Notes under the pieces: model-generated
The model's input: only the letters and a program-made list of their open reading frames with translations
Told to the model about the DNA's origin: nothing
Databases searched by the model: none
Made by a program: the position numbers and the translations under genes
From: a virus
Direction: 5' to 3' (one strand)
Virus record (IMG/VR): IMGVR_UViG_3300036939_000074
Length of the DNA stretch: 64,000 nucleotides
Shown here: positions 1 through 8,783 of the stretch, one piece after another
Numbering within the stretch: the stretch's first letter is position 1
Layout: every line of letters starts with the position of its first letter

Positions 1-180
1 GATGACTCCACCCGGAACCCCTGACCCGTCCGGCAACTCAATCACACCCATGTTTACGTCTAAATTGGCGCGGGTGATGAAAGTACAACGCATAGACTCT
101 GGAAATCCTTCGATTTGCATGTCTATATTAGATTTTTTTAGGATGTTCTTTTCTGAAACACCCTTCTGTTTTACTGGCAT
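1..180 (-). CDS. Probable tail tube protein, N-terminal part (runs off window)
   Basis: My translation from ATG at 180: MPVKQKGVSEKNILKKSNIDMQIEGFPESMRCTFITRANLDVNMGVIELPDGSGVPGGVI, open to the edge; immediately downstream of the sheath gene. Confidence 0.55.
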   Translation of the reverse strand, partial: MPVKQKGVSEKNILKKSNIDMQIEGFPESMRCTFITRANLDVNMGVIELPDGSGVPGGVI

Positions 181-214
181 CTTTTTTCTTGGTTGCTGTT
201 AGTTGAAAACTGAA

Positions 215-3200
215 TTAGATGGAAGCCTGGTTAACAGAAGCTCCAAAGTTAGCCGTTAACAAATTGGGGCCGCAATAAACTTTCAGGACTTGCAGGGGAC
301 CCGTGGGGATAAACTCTAGGGTTGCTATTCGTTGCCCGTTAACAATGTCCACCAACACATCTCGCACTCGGTCAAATTCGATTTGACCAGCTGAGGTGCC
401 ACGACCTTCTAGAATCGTGATTTTTACGGCGTCTTCGTAACTAACTTCATTGGTAAAAACGCCTTTGTTGTACTCTTTTCGGGCGTAACCATCGATCACC
501 AATCGCAGCATCTGGGCTAAGGCTGGCGAGTTGGGCTGGAATAAGAGTTCCTGAATACTGGGTGCTTCGAGGAAGACATGGATGATATTTCGTTGTATCC
601 TGGCTGTAGTGAGGAGACGAAACACATCCGAAACCGCTAGGGAATTGGCACCATAAGGAACGATATTTCCTTGTACGGTTTTGATGGGGACAATCCCAGC
701 GGAGTTGAGAATAGCCTCATCTTTGGGAGAGATATTAACCGGTAATCGGTTAATCCGACGCATCGCGGCATTGTTGCCGGCGAATATCATATGATACCCC
801 TCGCTGTCAACTGCATAGCGGCTCTGTCCGCCGTGCCAATCTCCAGTTAGAGGAACCAGGCGGTCACCGGCACCATAAGGGCTGGAAACGAAGGCGTAGG
901 AAGGGAAACAAGCGCTAGCAAAATCCGAGCGGCCTACCTCTTGGTTGATATAGGCTTCTGCCGCAACAGCAGTGCCAAAATTGGCCGGAATTTCAATAAT
1001 GGCTTCATGGGCATAAGCTTCAGCCCATGCACACATGCCTTTTTTCACTGAAACCGCATCCACACCAGGAATGGCCAGACGAATTAAGCCCTGCTGCCGT
1101 CCGAACGTTTCTCGAATCAAGCTGGAATCTTCGGTATCCAGGTGTTTTAGGTACGTCCAAGGATTTATGCTTGTCGTGTCGCCATCGTAACCTTGGCTCA
1201 ACCCTTCCTCGTAGCTCACCAAAAAGAAGCCACCAGAACTAATGGATTGAGATAAGTTGTAGCCACGTCCAACTTCTAGGTAGCCAGCGCGGGTGAGTGA
1301 GGTTAGGGGGGGTAAGTCTCGGGTGAAGCGGGATTCCAAAATCACACTCACATCCGATTCAACCAGTCGAACCTTCCTAGCCTCGCCATTGGCAACCACA
1401 TAATCACCTGGAGCCAGAGTGGAACGAAAATTCGTTGCCGTGCCAATTACTCGCACTCCCGTGGTAGACACATGGCCTTCAAGGATTAAGGGAGCTTTAG
1501 CTCTCTCAATCCGGAAGTACGCTCTGGGCAAGCCGTAGGGGTCGGGGTAAAAGTTTCTGCCCACAGCGGCGGCATAGTCGAAAGCCGCATCGGTGTAGGC
1601 GCGGTTGGTGGTGACTTCCAGCACTTGGCCTGCACCGTTACAGGGACGAACATCGTCACCGGGTGCTGTTGTATAGGCACCTGTCCACAGGTTCTCAACA
1701 GTGATCCAGCGCTGATAGTTTTTGGCACCAGAACGGTAGGCCACATTGTTGACACCGTCGTTGATGACAGGCTCGATGTACAGCGAGTCTTCTGGATCGA
1801 GTGAAACATCCGGCTCGTAAAGAACACGCGAACCGTTGAAGATAATTGAGATGCTGAAATGAGTTAGGGGGAATTTCGTTCCCTGACCAATTTCAACAAA
1901 AATCCCCTCCCCAGCTCCTGGCTCCAAAACAATGGAAGCTTTTTGGTTTTGGGTGGTTAGCTGAGCACCTGTAAAATTAGCGCTGAATTGGCGCTCAACT
2001 TCTAATTGAGTTGCACTAATAACGCGCATGACTTTCACCGAGCCTGCACGGTTGGGGTCTAGGATGAATTGCCCCGGCCTCACGTCTGCCGTGAAAGACG
2101 TGCCGACGCCTGTAACAATCAGGTTGGGGTATTCAACGACTGAATTGGTAAAGCCTTGAGTGAAACCAGACTCTAGGGTGAGACTTGTGTTGCTCTCGAT
2201 AGAGCGAACCGTTCGCACTTGTCTGAGGGTACGTTCCGGCGTTTCAATGTTCACGTACAGGCGCATTCCGGGAGTGACTTCGGCGTTGAATGAAGTGCCT
2301 GACCCCACCAAGGTGAGGTTGTTTCTGGATAGGGTGACATCCGTCGCCGTCGTTGTGGTGAACGCCTCTTCAATCGTTAGGGTTGTGTCACTACTGATGG
2401 ATTCAACGCTGCGCGCCTCCCCTTCAAAGTAGATGTTGTCGCCAACCCGCAGCTCCCTCATGAACATTGTCCCGGTGCCGGTCACAACCTGCCCATTGAT
2501 CTGAGCGGTGCCAGCCATGTTTACTTGGGCTGCATAACTCGCGGTTCCGGTTATGGGGCGGAAAGAGCGATAATCAGCTCTTCCAGCGATCGCAGTGGGT
2601 CCCGATATTCCATCCTGGAGTAGTGAATATTGGGGGGAGACTGTGAAAATCACAAACCCAGCCTCGTTGGCTTCTGTGTTACCGATGATCCGGTAACGCC
2701 TGCCGTTTACAGAACTAAAGAGGGCATCTCCCCCCATGAATTCATTTTTCTTGACCCCAGGAGCGTGTAGGGTGAAGGTTCTCTTGGTTGCCACCAGCAC
2801 CGGGGTTTCTGCGATCCAGTTTTTCTGCCCTGCCCATCGGCCAGCATTGGCACCTGAAATGCGTAGAGCATCGCCACCGAGACGGTTTTTAATGGTGACA
2901 GAAGCTCTACGCCCTCCCAGTCCTGGGCGCATAACCCAAAGCATTCCTCTTCCCGCTGAGGTGTAGTGCCAACCCGCAACCCAGTCAGCGGTGAGGTGGG
3001 TGCCTGTGCGATCGAGTACCCAGCGAGAGTCTTTCGGGTCGCCAAAATTGAGGTGAAACGAGGCCGAGTCGGGAACCGGAACGAACACATCTTCCGGCCC
3101 TCGGGGTAAAATCCCCACACAGCCACAGGTGCCCATTTTGTTGTCCCGGATAACGCCAGCGCCGGAAGTCTCCAAGACTTCCACGCGAGCAGCGCCGACA

Positions 3201-3247
3201 GGGCCGGTGCTATAAGTGCGAATAGATTGAACAGCAGATTGTGGCAT
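215..3247 (-). CDS. Contractile tail sheath protein with inserted beta-repeat domains
   Basis: N-term VGILPRGP...FG-P; C-term LAIPG...VPLTG...LNSAGIVPI...YGANSL...RI pattern of phage sheath proteins; likely start MPQSAV at 3247. Confidence 0.85.
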   Translation of the reverse strand: MPQSAVQSIRTYSTGPVGAARVEVLETSGAGVIRDNKMGTCGCVGILPRGPEDVFVPVPDSASFHLNFGDPKDSRWVLDRTGTHLTADWVAGWHYTSAGRGMLWVMRPGLGGRRASVTIKNRLGGDALRISGANAGRWAGQKNWIAETPVLVATKRTFTLHAPGVKKNEFMGGDALFSSVNGRRYRIIGNTEANEAGFVIFTVSPQYSLLQDGISGPTAIAGRADYRSFRPITGTASYAAQVNMAGTAQINGQVVTGTGTMFMRELRVGDNIYFEGEARSVESISSDTTLTIEEAFTTTTATDVTLSRNNLTLVGSGTSFNAEVTPGMRLYVNIETPERTLRQVRTVRSIESNTSLTLESGFTQGFTNSVVEYPNLIVTGVGTSFTADVRPGQFILDPNRAGSVKVMRVISATQLEVERQFSANFTGAQLTTQNQKASIVLEPGAGEGIFVEIGQGTKFPLTHFSISIIFNGSRVLYEPDVSLDPEDSLYIEPVINDGVNNVAYRSGAKNYQRWITVENLWTGAYTTAPGDDVRPCNGAGQVLEVTTNRAYTDAAFDYAAAVGRNFYPDPYGLPRAYFRIERAKAPLILEGHVSTTGVRVIGTATNFRSTLAPGDYVVANGEARKVRLVESDVSVILESRFTRDLPPLTSLTRAGYLEVGRGYNLSQSISSGGFFLVSYEEGLSQGYDGDTTSINPWTYLKHLDTEDSSLIRETFGRQQGLIRLAIPGVDAVSVKKGMCAWAEAYAHEAIIEIPANFGTAVAAEAYINQEVGRSDFASACFPSYAFVSSPYGAGDRLVPLTGDWHGGQSRYAVDSEGYHMIFAGNNAAMRRINRLPVNISPKDEAILNSAGIVPIKTVQGNIVPYGANSLAVSDVFRLLTTARIQRNIIHVFLEAPSIQELLFQPNSPALAQMLRLVIDGYARKEYNKGVFTNEVSYEDAVKITILEGRGTSAGQIEFDRVRDVLVDIVNGQRIATLEFIPTGPLQVLKVYCGPNLLTANFGASVNQASI

Positions 3248-3362
3248 ATTACAACACAAAAACTAAAAAGGGCGACCGCTATGTAAGCAGCCGCCCTTTG
3301 GGTAGGTTGATAAGTATTTAATTGTTTGAACTATTGCCGTTAATTCTAAAGCAAAAGTGAAA

Positions 3363-3860
3363 TTAGGTCGCTCCAGGAGCGGGGGTCTTTTGCTCTTCCG
3401 GTGGTGTTGCCTCTTCCGGTGGCTTTGGCTCCTCTGACTCTGACTTGCTCTCAGCAGGAGTAAGGAAGGCGCGCACCGTTTCGTACAAGTCGTTGCCGCT
3501 GTAAGATTCACGCAGAATCAGCACTCTTTCAAGAGTTGTACGCTCTCCACCTGCATTGGAAGTGCGGGTATTGGATAGATTCAGGTTTTCTTCGAGCCGA
3601 TCTAACTGCTCATGGTCAAGCTTAGCGATCGGATCTTCCGCGTCAAGAAACAACGCTTCGGTTTCTTCCAATTCGTTGGCGATACCCTGCCGTTCGAGAT
3701 ATTGCCGCACGTAGACAATTTCATCCTTGGACATGGGTCGAGGAGCTTGGTCAAGAAAGACTTCTAGCTCGTCATCTGTGCGCTGTCCCGGAAAATCTTC
3801 GGGGTATTGAACCCAGACTCCTTTTCCCGGTTTTTTAAGTTTAACTTGGTAGGTAATCAT
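3363..3860 (-). CDS. Hypothetical protein upstream of sheath
   Basis: ORF, likely start MITYQ; flanked by GC-rich hairpins at about 3268-3299 and 3883-3910. Confidence 0.6.
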   Translation of the reverse strand: MITYQVKLKKPGKGVWVQYPEDFPGQRTDDELEVFLDQAPRPMSKDEIVYVRQYLERQGIANELEETEALFLDAEDPIAKLDHEQLDRLEENLNLSNTRTSNAGGERTTLERVLILRESYSGNDLYETVRAFLTPAESKSESEEPKPPEEATPPEEQKTPAPGAT

Positions 3861-4056
3861 ACTGATTCCGGTAAAAAACAGCAAGGGCGACCCCACCTGG
3901 AGTCGCCCTTACGGATAGACCTAAACACCTATAAACTCTGCATTCTGTGAAGAAGGCATCTTGTCCTTCTATTGTAAGCAACGGTTGCTCAAAGGTGTAA
4001 TTTGATATTTACAACTAAATAAGTCAAAATGAACCGGGTTGTCAGTTTTTGTAAAA

Positions 4057-4692
4057 TTAGGCTGGCAGTAATTCCATGACTTCACGCCGGAGTCTTTCTA
4101 ACTCCCGAATGCCTGCTTCATCATGTTGAGTGGCTTCCAGGAGTAATGGATAACCAGAGTCTATTGATTCCAAACATTCAGCACGGGTGGCCGGTCTACC
4201 TTCTCGCAGCCAATGCACTTCGAGCGGGTCGCCGAGTTTAAAAAGGAGTCCATTCGAGACGTTGAAGACTTTGTAAGATTTCGTTATCCATAAGGCAACA
4301 ACTCCAGGTTGCCGCTTGATGGCGATGCCAGGTGGAAGCTCAACATTTTCAGGGACATTGGTTTCTCGTCGTTCTAATGAGCGCTGCGTTAGGAAGGGGC
4401 AAGCTCTCATCGCCCATTCCATACACTCGCGGTGCGAAGGGGGTTCTGAAATTGTCTTGTTGATCGCACACATTGGTCCGATTCCAAACGCTAGATAAGC
4501 TCCTAGTTTTTGTCCGCAAATCCAGCAGAGTTTTTTATGGATGGCTGGCTGCATCTTACTCCCATCAATGCAACGAAAATCATAAACGCCATTCACTTGG
4601 GCGACAAACCAAGGAACGGGATAACCGCGTTCAATGGGCAGGGACAATAAGCGTTTAGGGATGGGTGGCAAATCTTGGCGGTGTTCGTTCAT
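4057..4692 (-). CDS. Conserved Cys-rich hypothetical protein (putative Zn-binding)
   Basis: GYPVPWFV, CWICG, GPMC, EPPSH-EC, ACPFL motifs. Confidence 0.7.
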   Translation of the reverse strand: MNEHRQDLPPIPKRLLSLPIERGYPVPWFVAQVNGVYDFRCIDGSKMQPAIHKKLCWICGQKLGAYLAFGIGPMCAINKTISEPPSHRECMEWAMRACPFLTQRSLERRETNVPENVELPPGIAIKRQPGVVALWITKSYKVFNVSNGLLFKLGDPLEVHWLREGRPATRAECLESIDSGYPLLLEATQHDEAGIRELERLRREVMELLPA

Positions 4693-4754
4693 TTTTCCTC
4701 CTAGAGACTTGCACTAAGCTTAATATATTTCGCCCCTGCCTAATATTTGTTCTC

Positions 4755-5000
4755 TTAAACATGCCTGATTGACGTTAATAGCTGTCTAGCTATTTCTCTG
4801 GCTTGCTTTTGAGTACATTTGGGGCGCAATCGAATCTCGTCTGTTTCGTACCCCTTGCGGTCGTTGCCTTCGCGATTGAGTGAGCCAAAGTACAATTCAC
4901 AGTAGTAGAGATACGAACTAGGATTTGGGACAAAATCCCGCATATCAAAAATTCTTATTGAAACAACTGTGCTTTTCCGTATTTGCTGACCTTTGAGCAA
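4755..5000 (-). CDS. Small hypothetical protein
   Basis: 81-aa ORF co-oriented with neighbours; start uncertain. Confidence 0.35.
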   Translation of the reverse strand: MLKGQQIRKSTVVSIRIFDMRDFVPNPSSYLYYCELYFGSLNREGNDRKGYETDEIRLRPKCTQKQAREIARQLLTSIRHV

Positions 5001-5074
5001 ATGTTATAGCTAGTTAGACCCAGTGAGATTAGAACATAGTCCTGTTCGTTTAGTTTAATTTTCATGACTGATTC

Positions 5075-5761
5075 TTAGCGGAAATATTGAGGGGTCTTAA
5101 AGCCGATGAATGAATGCTTCAAGAACGCTGCAAAAGCACCAAAGGCACAGAGGAAATAGATTGACAATCCACCGAAGGTCATCCAGCTGGGGGCAGCAAT
5201 TGTCGCGAGGAATCCGATTAACAACCACCAGCGGAAGATACCTTGGAGGTCATTCATTAAGGCAGATTGGATGCGCTGTGCTTGAATTTCTGCTGTAGGT
5301 TGAGGGGTGGGAGCTTCCTTAGCGGGTTGTGTTGTAGGTTGAGGGGTGGGAGCTTCCTTAGCGGGTTGTGTTGTAGGTTGAGGGGTGGGAGCTTCCTTAG
5401 CGGGTTGTGTTGTAGGTTGAGGGGTGGGAGCTTCTTTAGTGGGTTGTGTTGTGGGTTGGGGGTTGGGAGCTGCCTCAATGCGCTTCGCCTTAGATTCTTC
5501 TGCGGATGGAGTGCTAGCAGGAGGCAATAGGCGCTGATTGTTTAATGGATTGCCGTGTTGGTTGAGGAGTTCTTTTTCCTCAGTTTTGGGCTGGGTAGGA
5601 AATTGGATGATATTGCCCATAGTTGCCGCCTCGGCAGCGGGGGGAGAGTTGTCGTCCCATTCGTTAGTGTCCGCATCAGCGGGATAAGAGCTGGTTTCCC
5701 AGTTACCTCTAGAAGTTGAAGCCTTTTTGTTTTTATACTTATTCTTGTTCTTCTTAGCCAT
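5075..5761 (-). CDS. Pro/Thr-rich repeat protein with C-terminal membrane anchor
   Basis: PTTQPAKEAPTPQ repeats; two hydrophobic C-terminal helices; likely start MAKK at 5761. Confidence 0.7.
   Translation of the reverse strand: MAKKNKNKYKNKKASTSRGNWETSSYPADADTNEWDDNSPPAAEAATMGNIIQFPTQPKTEEKELLNQHGNPLNNQRLLPPASTPSAEESKAKRIEAAPNPQPTTQPTKEAPTPQPTTQPAKEAPTPQPTTQPAKEAPTPQPTTQPAKEAPTPQPTAEIQAQRIQSALMNDLQGIFRWWLLIGFLATIAAPSWMTFGGLSIYFLCAFGAFAAFLKHSFIGFKTPQYFR
5294..5472. repeat. 39-bp tandem repeat, about 4.5 copies (coding)
   Basis: Unit tgtaggttgaggggtgggagcttccttagcgggttgtgt at 5294, 5333, 5372, 5411, plus a partial copy. Confidence 0.9.
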
Positions 5762-5984
5762 TGTCCCGTTGTTGGCGGGATGACGACTTCCGGAAGCGAT
5801 AACAGTCAATTAGGTACAGGAGGTACGAACCGAAGATGATGCTAGCAGCATAGATAGCGCCGATACAAAAAGCAATGGCAGCGGATAAGGGAAGGCTTTC
5901 GATGTTGTTAGTTAGATGAATTGTGAGGATAGCGATTAGGATGTAGGAGAATTTACGACCGGGGAAATATTTGAAGATAGACAT
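5754..5984 (-). CDS. Small membrane protein, family A copy 1
   Basis: KYFPGR-FSY...FCIGA...RKSSSR shared with 6143 and 6371. Confidence 0.75.
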   Translation of the reverse strand: MSIFKYFPGRKFSYILIAILTIHLTNNIESLPLSAAIAFCIGAIYAASIIFGSYLLYLIDCYRFRKSSSRQQRDNG

Positions 5985-6011
5985 GTTTAAAACCTTTTCA
6001 TTTATATAAAT

Positions 6012-6040
6012 ATTATAACAAAAACTTATATATTAAGCAA
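6012..6040 (-). promoter_or_regulatory. sigma70-like promoter
   Basis: TTGCTT-17-TATAAT; spacer identical to that at 6610-6638. Confidence 0.65.
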
Positions 6041-6041
6041 T

Positions 6042-6073
6042 AAAAAAGGAGTAGAAATGTTGTTCTACTCCTT
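6042..6073 (-). terminator. Intrinsic terminator
   Basis: aaggagtagaa/ttctactcctt stem with U-tract on the minus strand; duplicated at 6644-6671. Confidence 0.7.
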
Positions 6074-6142
6074 GTTATTTATCGGATGATTAAAGTTTTT
6101 TCATGCAAGAGAAGATGTATTCTCTTAGTCATTGTCCCGTTG

Positions 6143-6346
6143 TTAGCGGGATGACGACTTACGGGAATAATAACAGTCAATTAGGTAAGCACCTAAAGCG
6201 CAGGACATGGCATAGAGCGCACCGATGCAAAAAGCAATCGCAGTGGATAGGGCTAAGCTTTCTATGTTGTAGGTTAAGCTGGTTGTGAGGATAGCGAGTA
6301 GGAGGTAGGAGAATATACGACCGGAGAAAAATTTGGAGATAGACAT
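6143..6346 (-). CDS. Small membrane protein, family A copy 2
   Basis: Paralog of 5754 and 6371. Confidence 0.75.
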   Translation of the reverse strand: MSISKFFSGRIFSYLLLAILTTSLTYNIESLALSTAIAFCIGALYAMSCALGAYLIDCYYSRKSSSR

Positions 6347-6370
6347 TTTTTAAATCTTTTTGGTGTGTTC

Positions 6371-6583
6371 TTAGCGGGATGACGACTTGTTTGAGCGACT
6401 CGATTCAATTAGGCAGATTAAGTATCCACTTAGGATACAACCCGCTGTATAGATGGCACCGATACAAAAGCCAGTTGTAGCGGATAAGTCGATATTTTCG
6501 ATGCGGCTGGCTAACTGAAATGTTATTAAAGCCGTTAAGAGATACGAGAAATTGCGATAGGGAAAATACTTAATGTAAAACAT
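6371..6583 (-). CDS. Small membrane protein, family A copy 3
   Basis: Paralog of 5754 and 6143. Confidence 0.75.
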   Translation of the reverse strand: MFYIKYFPYRNFSYLLTALITFQLASRIENIDLSATTGFCIGAIYTAGCILSGYLICLIESSRSNKSSSR

Positions 6584-6609
6584 AGTTAAATCTTTTTATT
6601 TATACATCG

Positions 6610-6638
6610 ATTATAACAAAAACTTATATATTAATCAA
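6610..6638 (-). promoter_or_regulatory. sigma70-like promoter
   Basis: TTGATT-17-TATAAT, 27 bp upstream of the 6583 start. Confidence 0.65.
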
Positions 6639-6641
6639 TAG

Positions 6642-6671
6642 AAAAGGAGTAGAAACATTGTTCTACTCCTT
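6642..6671 (-). terminator. Intrinsic terminator
   Basis: Same 11-bp stem as 6046-6073. Confidence 0.65.
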
Positions 6672-6809
6672 GCTATTTATCGAGTGATTAATCCGGGTTC
6701 TCCCCAAGATTTAATCTCTTTTAATGTCAGGCCAATCATATATTCAGCGGGGAATATAATGAATGCCGTAAAGAAACAAAGGTAGATTAAAAAGTCTAGA
6801 ATCATCGTC

Positions 6810-7118
6810 TTAGCCTTCGTTAGAAGTTAGTTTTTTAGCGATTTCTTTGGCTAACTCATCTGTGGCTGCGGCATCAGCGGTAATCGTGATGGTTTCTTCC
6901 TGGTAGGCTGAGGTGAAGAGAAAAGAAATCAAGCAGCTGCTAATCGCTCCCGTCCACCAGATGTGTTCGCAGGTTTCGGCAGGAAATCCCTTTGAACTGC
7001 AATCCATGCTAGCGATCGCAGTTCCTGCCAATAGACAAATGCTGATTAGGTTGGCAAAAATAGCTTGAGTCTTTTTGGCTGAACTGGGCTTTGTGATTGT
7101 GAAAATTTTCTGGTTCAT
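6810..7118 (-). CDS. Small two-helix membrane protein
   Basis: Two hydrophobic segments; own promoter. Confidence 0.6.
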   Translation of the reverse strand: MNQKIFTITKPSSAKKTQAIFANLISICLLAGTAIASMDCSSKGFPAETCEHIWWTGAISSCLISFLFTSAYQEETITITADAAATDELAKEIAKKLTSNEG

Positions 7119-7220
7119 TTTATTAAACTTTAAAGTGTTATTTGTGGTGAAAAATTCTGAGTCTCAGAGACGGCAATACTTATTGAATGTGTTGAGAAAT
7201 AAGTATTGCTCACTTCCTTT

Positions 7221-7250
7221 ATTGTATTCGATAAGATTAACTTATGTCAA
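7221..7250 (-). promoter_or_regulatory. sigma70-like promoter
   Basis: TTGACA-18-TACAAT with ataag/cttat inverted repeat in the spacer. Confidence 0.6.
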
Positions 7251-7314
7251 TATTCATGATGTATTTACTTCCTATACAAATGATGGGAAGTAAATTTTAG
7301 GTTTTATCGGAGTG

Positions 7315-7329
7315 GCGCACTAAGTGCGC
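7315..7329. repeat. Dispersed palindrome GCGCACTAAGTGCGC, copy 1
   Basis: Exact match, intergenic; extends to tggcgcactaagtgcgcca. Confidence 0.9.
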
Positions 7330-7347
7330 CAACTTAAGCGCTGATAT

Positions 7348-7557
7348 TTAAGGCTCTACATCAACAGTGATCGCTTTATGGGAGTGTTGTGCATAAGTTA
7401 GATTGCCGGTGGTATCGATTTCGGTGATGGTGTTTAATTCTCCACACCACGGACAGTTCAGCTGCTGTCCCAATTCAAATTTGACACTACCCATTGACCA
7501 CCAGCGCTTACAGTGTTCACAGCCAAAATGATTGAGAATTTCCTGACTAAGTTTCAC
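7348..7557 (-). CDS. Small zinc-ribbon protein (paralog of 7554)
   Basis: CEHC...CPWC. Confidence 0.7.
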   Translation of the reverse strand: MKLSQEILNHFGCEHCKRWWSMGSVKFELGQQLNCPWCGELNTITEIDTTGNLTYAQHSHKAITVDVEP

Positions 7558-7766
7558 GGGCGCTTGATATGAATGACTCTCGCTTTACGTTTGCGTTGGA
7601 CGTAATTCACATTGCCCGTGGCATCAATTGCGGTGATAGTGTTTTCTCGCTTACAGGCTGGACAACAAATCACCTGTTGCGGCCTAAATTTGAGTTTGAC
7701 CATCGACCAGCGAAATTGGCAGTGATCGCAAGTAAAGCGACTCAGAAGTTGTTCCTCAAGTTTCAT
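7554..7766 (-). CDS. Small zinc-ribbon protein (paralog of 7348)
   Basis: CDHC...CPAC; shares WSM and IT-ID-TGN. Confidence 0.7.
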   Translation of the reverse strand: MKLEEQLLSRFTCDHCQFRWSMVKLKFRPQQVICCPACKRENTITAIDATGNVNYVQRKRKARVIHIKRP

Positions 7767-7873
7767 GGAAGTGCGCTAGTATAGCTGTATTAATTCTGAA
7801 TTTAGTAAACACTTTATATCAATTCCCATCGATAATTCGTTATTGCCAGTCCAATCTAGTATTGGGCTGGCTT

Positions 7874-8269
7874 TTACTTTTTAGGCCATAATATTTTTGC
7901 AGACCAATAAAGGGGCGAAAACTTGTCTTCTAGCGCCCGTTTGCCTCGGCTGGATTTTGTATTGGCAAATCGTTTGTAGAAGTTATCACGCCGATCTTTG
8001 TCTTCGTGAGTCGTAAAGTCGTCCATAGAGTCATCTCCGAAATGAATCAGTGCCACTTCGCCGTCATCAACGGCTAGAACCATCATCTTTTTTCCAGATT
8101 TATTACTTTTGACGGGTTCATCCGGAGTCCACCACTTCCCTAAATATTCAACTTTGCCATCTTTTTTGGGTAGGTCGGCTAGCTTGCGTTTGGCTTGGAT
8201 GAGTCCGGAGGCGGTTAATGCCAGATTAAAAGCGGCTAGTTCAATTTCAATTAGATTTGGGCTGGACAT
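7874..8269 (-). CDS. Leader-bearing small virus-type protein (DUF5754-like by recollection)
   Basis: KKMMV...HFGD..MDDFTTHEDKDRRDNF..RF...SPLYWS..ILW pattern; N-terminal LIEIELAAFNLAL...LIQA leader. Confidence 0.6.
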   Translation of the reverse strand: MSSPNLIEIELAAFNLALTASGLIQAKRKLADLPKKDGKVEYLGKWWTPDEPVKSNKSGKKMMVLAVDDGEVALIHFGDDSMDDFTTHEDKDRRDNFYKRFANTKSSRGKRALEDKFSPLYWSAKILWPKK

Positions 8270-8301
8270 GGGAAACGATTAGATGTTTCTTCTCGATCTT
8301 G

Positions 8302-8316
8302 GCGCACTAAGTGCGC
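8302..8316. repeat. Dispersed palindrome GCGCACTAAGTGCGC, copy 2
   Basis: Exact match, about 33 bp upstream of the 8269 start. Confidence 0.9.
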
Positions 8317-8365
8317 CATATGCAAAATCCCCTGATCGCCGCAAAGCAACCAGGGGGTTTTCGCA

Positions 8366-8686
8366 TTAATCGCCGTTCTGACGGCGATTCTGCCAGAGGT
8401 CTTCCTCTGAGGAGGGATCGTCTTCTACTAAACCGGAGTCAAAGATTTCACGATGCGCCTCTTCAAGCGCCTCTTTGTAGCTGACTAGCCAGTGGCTGGT
8501 CAGCTTGTCCAGCTCTATTAAAAGCTGGTAGATCTTCCTTAAGATTTGCCAGGGGGTGTTACGGACAAATCGGGAAGAGGTTGTGATTCGTTTAAGTTGC
8601 CTTACTGCTGAGCTGATGGCTTTCAGCTCTTCAATAACATGAGGCTCCTTTTTTACTTCTTTGATCCAGTTGTAAAGTTGTTGCAT
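8366..8686 (-). CDS. Hypothetical protein
   Basis: 106-aa helical ORF followed by a hairpin at about 8328-8363. Confidence 0.55.
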   Translation of the reverse strand: MQQLYNWIKEVKKEPHVIEELKAISSAVRQLKRITTSSRFVRNTPWQILRKIYQLLIELDKLTSHWLVSYKEALEEAHREIFDSGLVEDDPSSEEDLWQNRRQNGD

Positions 8687-8783
8687 ACAATCCCTCTGAT
8701 GTAAGTGGCGGGGGTTCCCGCAAACAAAGGGTAGTTGAGGGGTTTTACCCTATGTTTTCTGTCGCTCCCCCATCGCAACGTCA

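Noticed and set aside
215-3247. Extracellular contractile injection system (eCIS/tailocin) interpretation of the sheath and tube
   Set aside because: Capsid, prohead protease, partition and replication genes in the same window point to a phage; no eCIS-type gene cluster around the sheath
5257-5530. Plus-strand ORFs with striking repeats
   Set aside because: Shadow frames of the 39-bp repeat in the minus-strand gene
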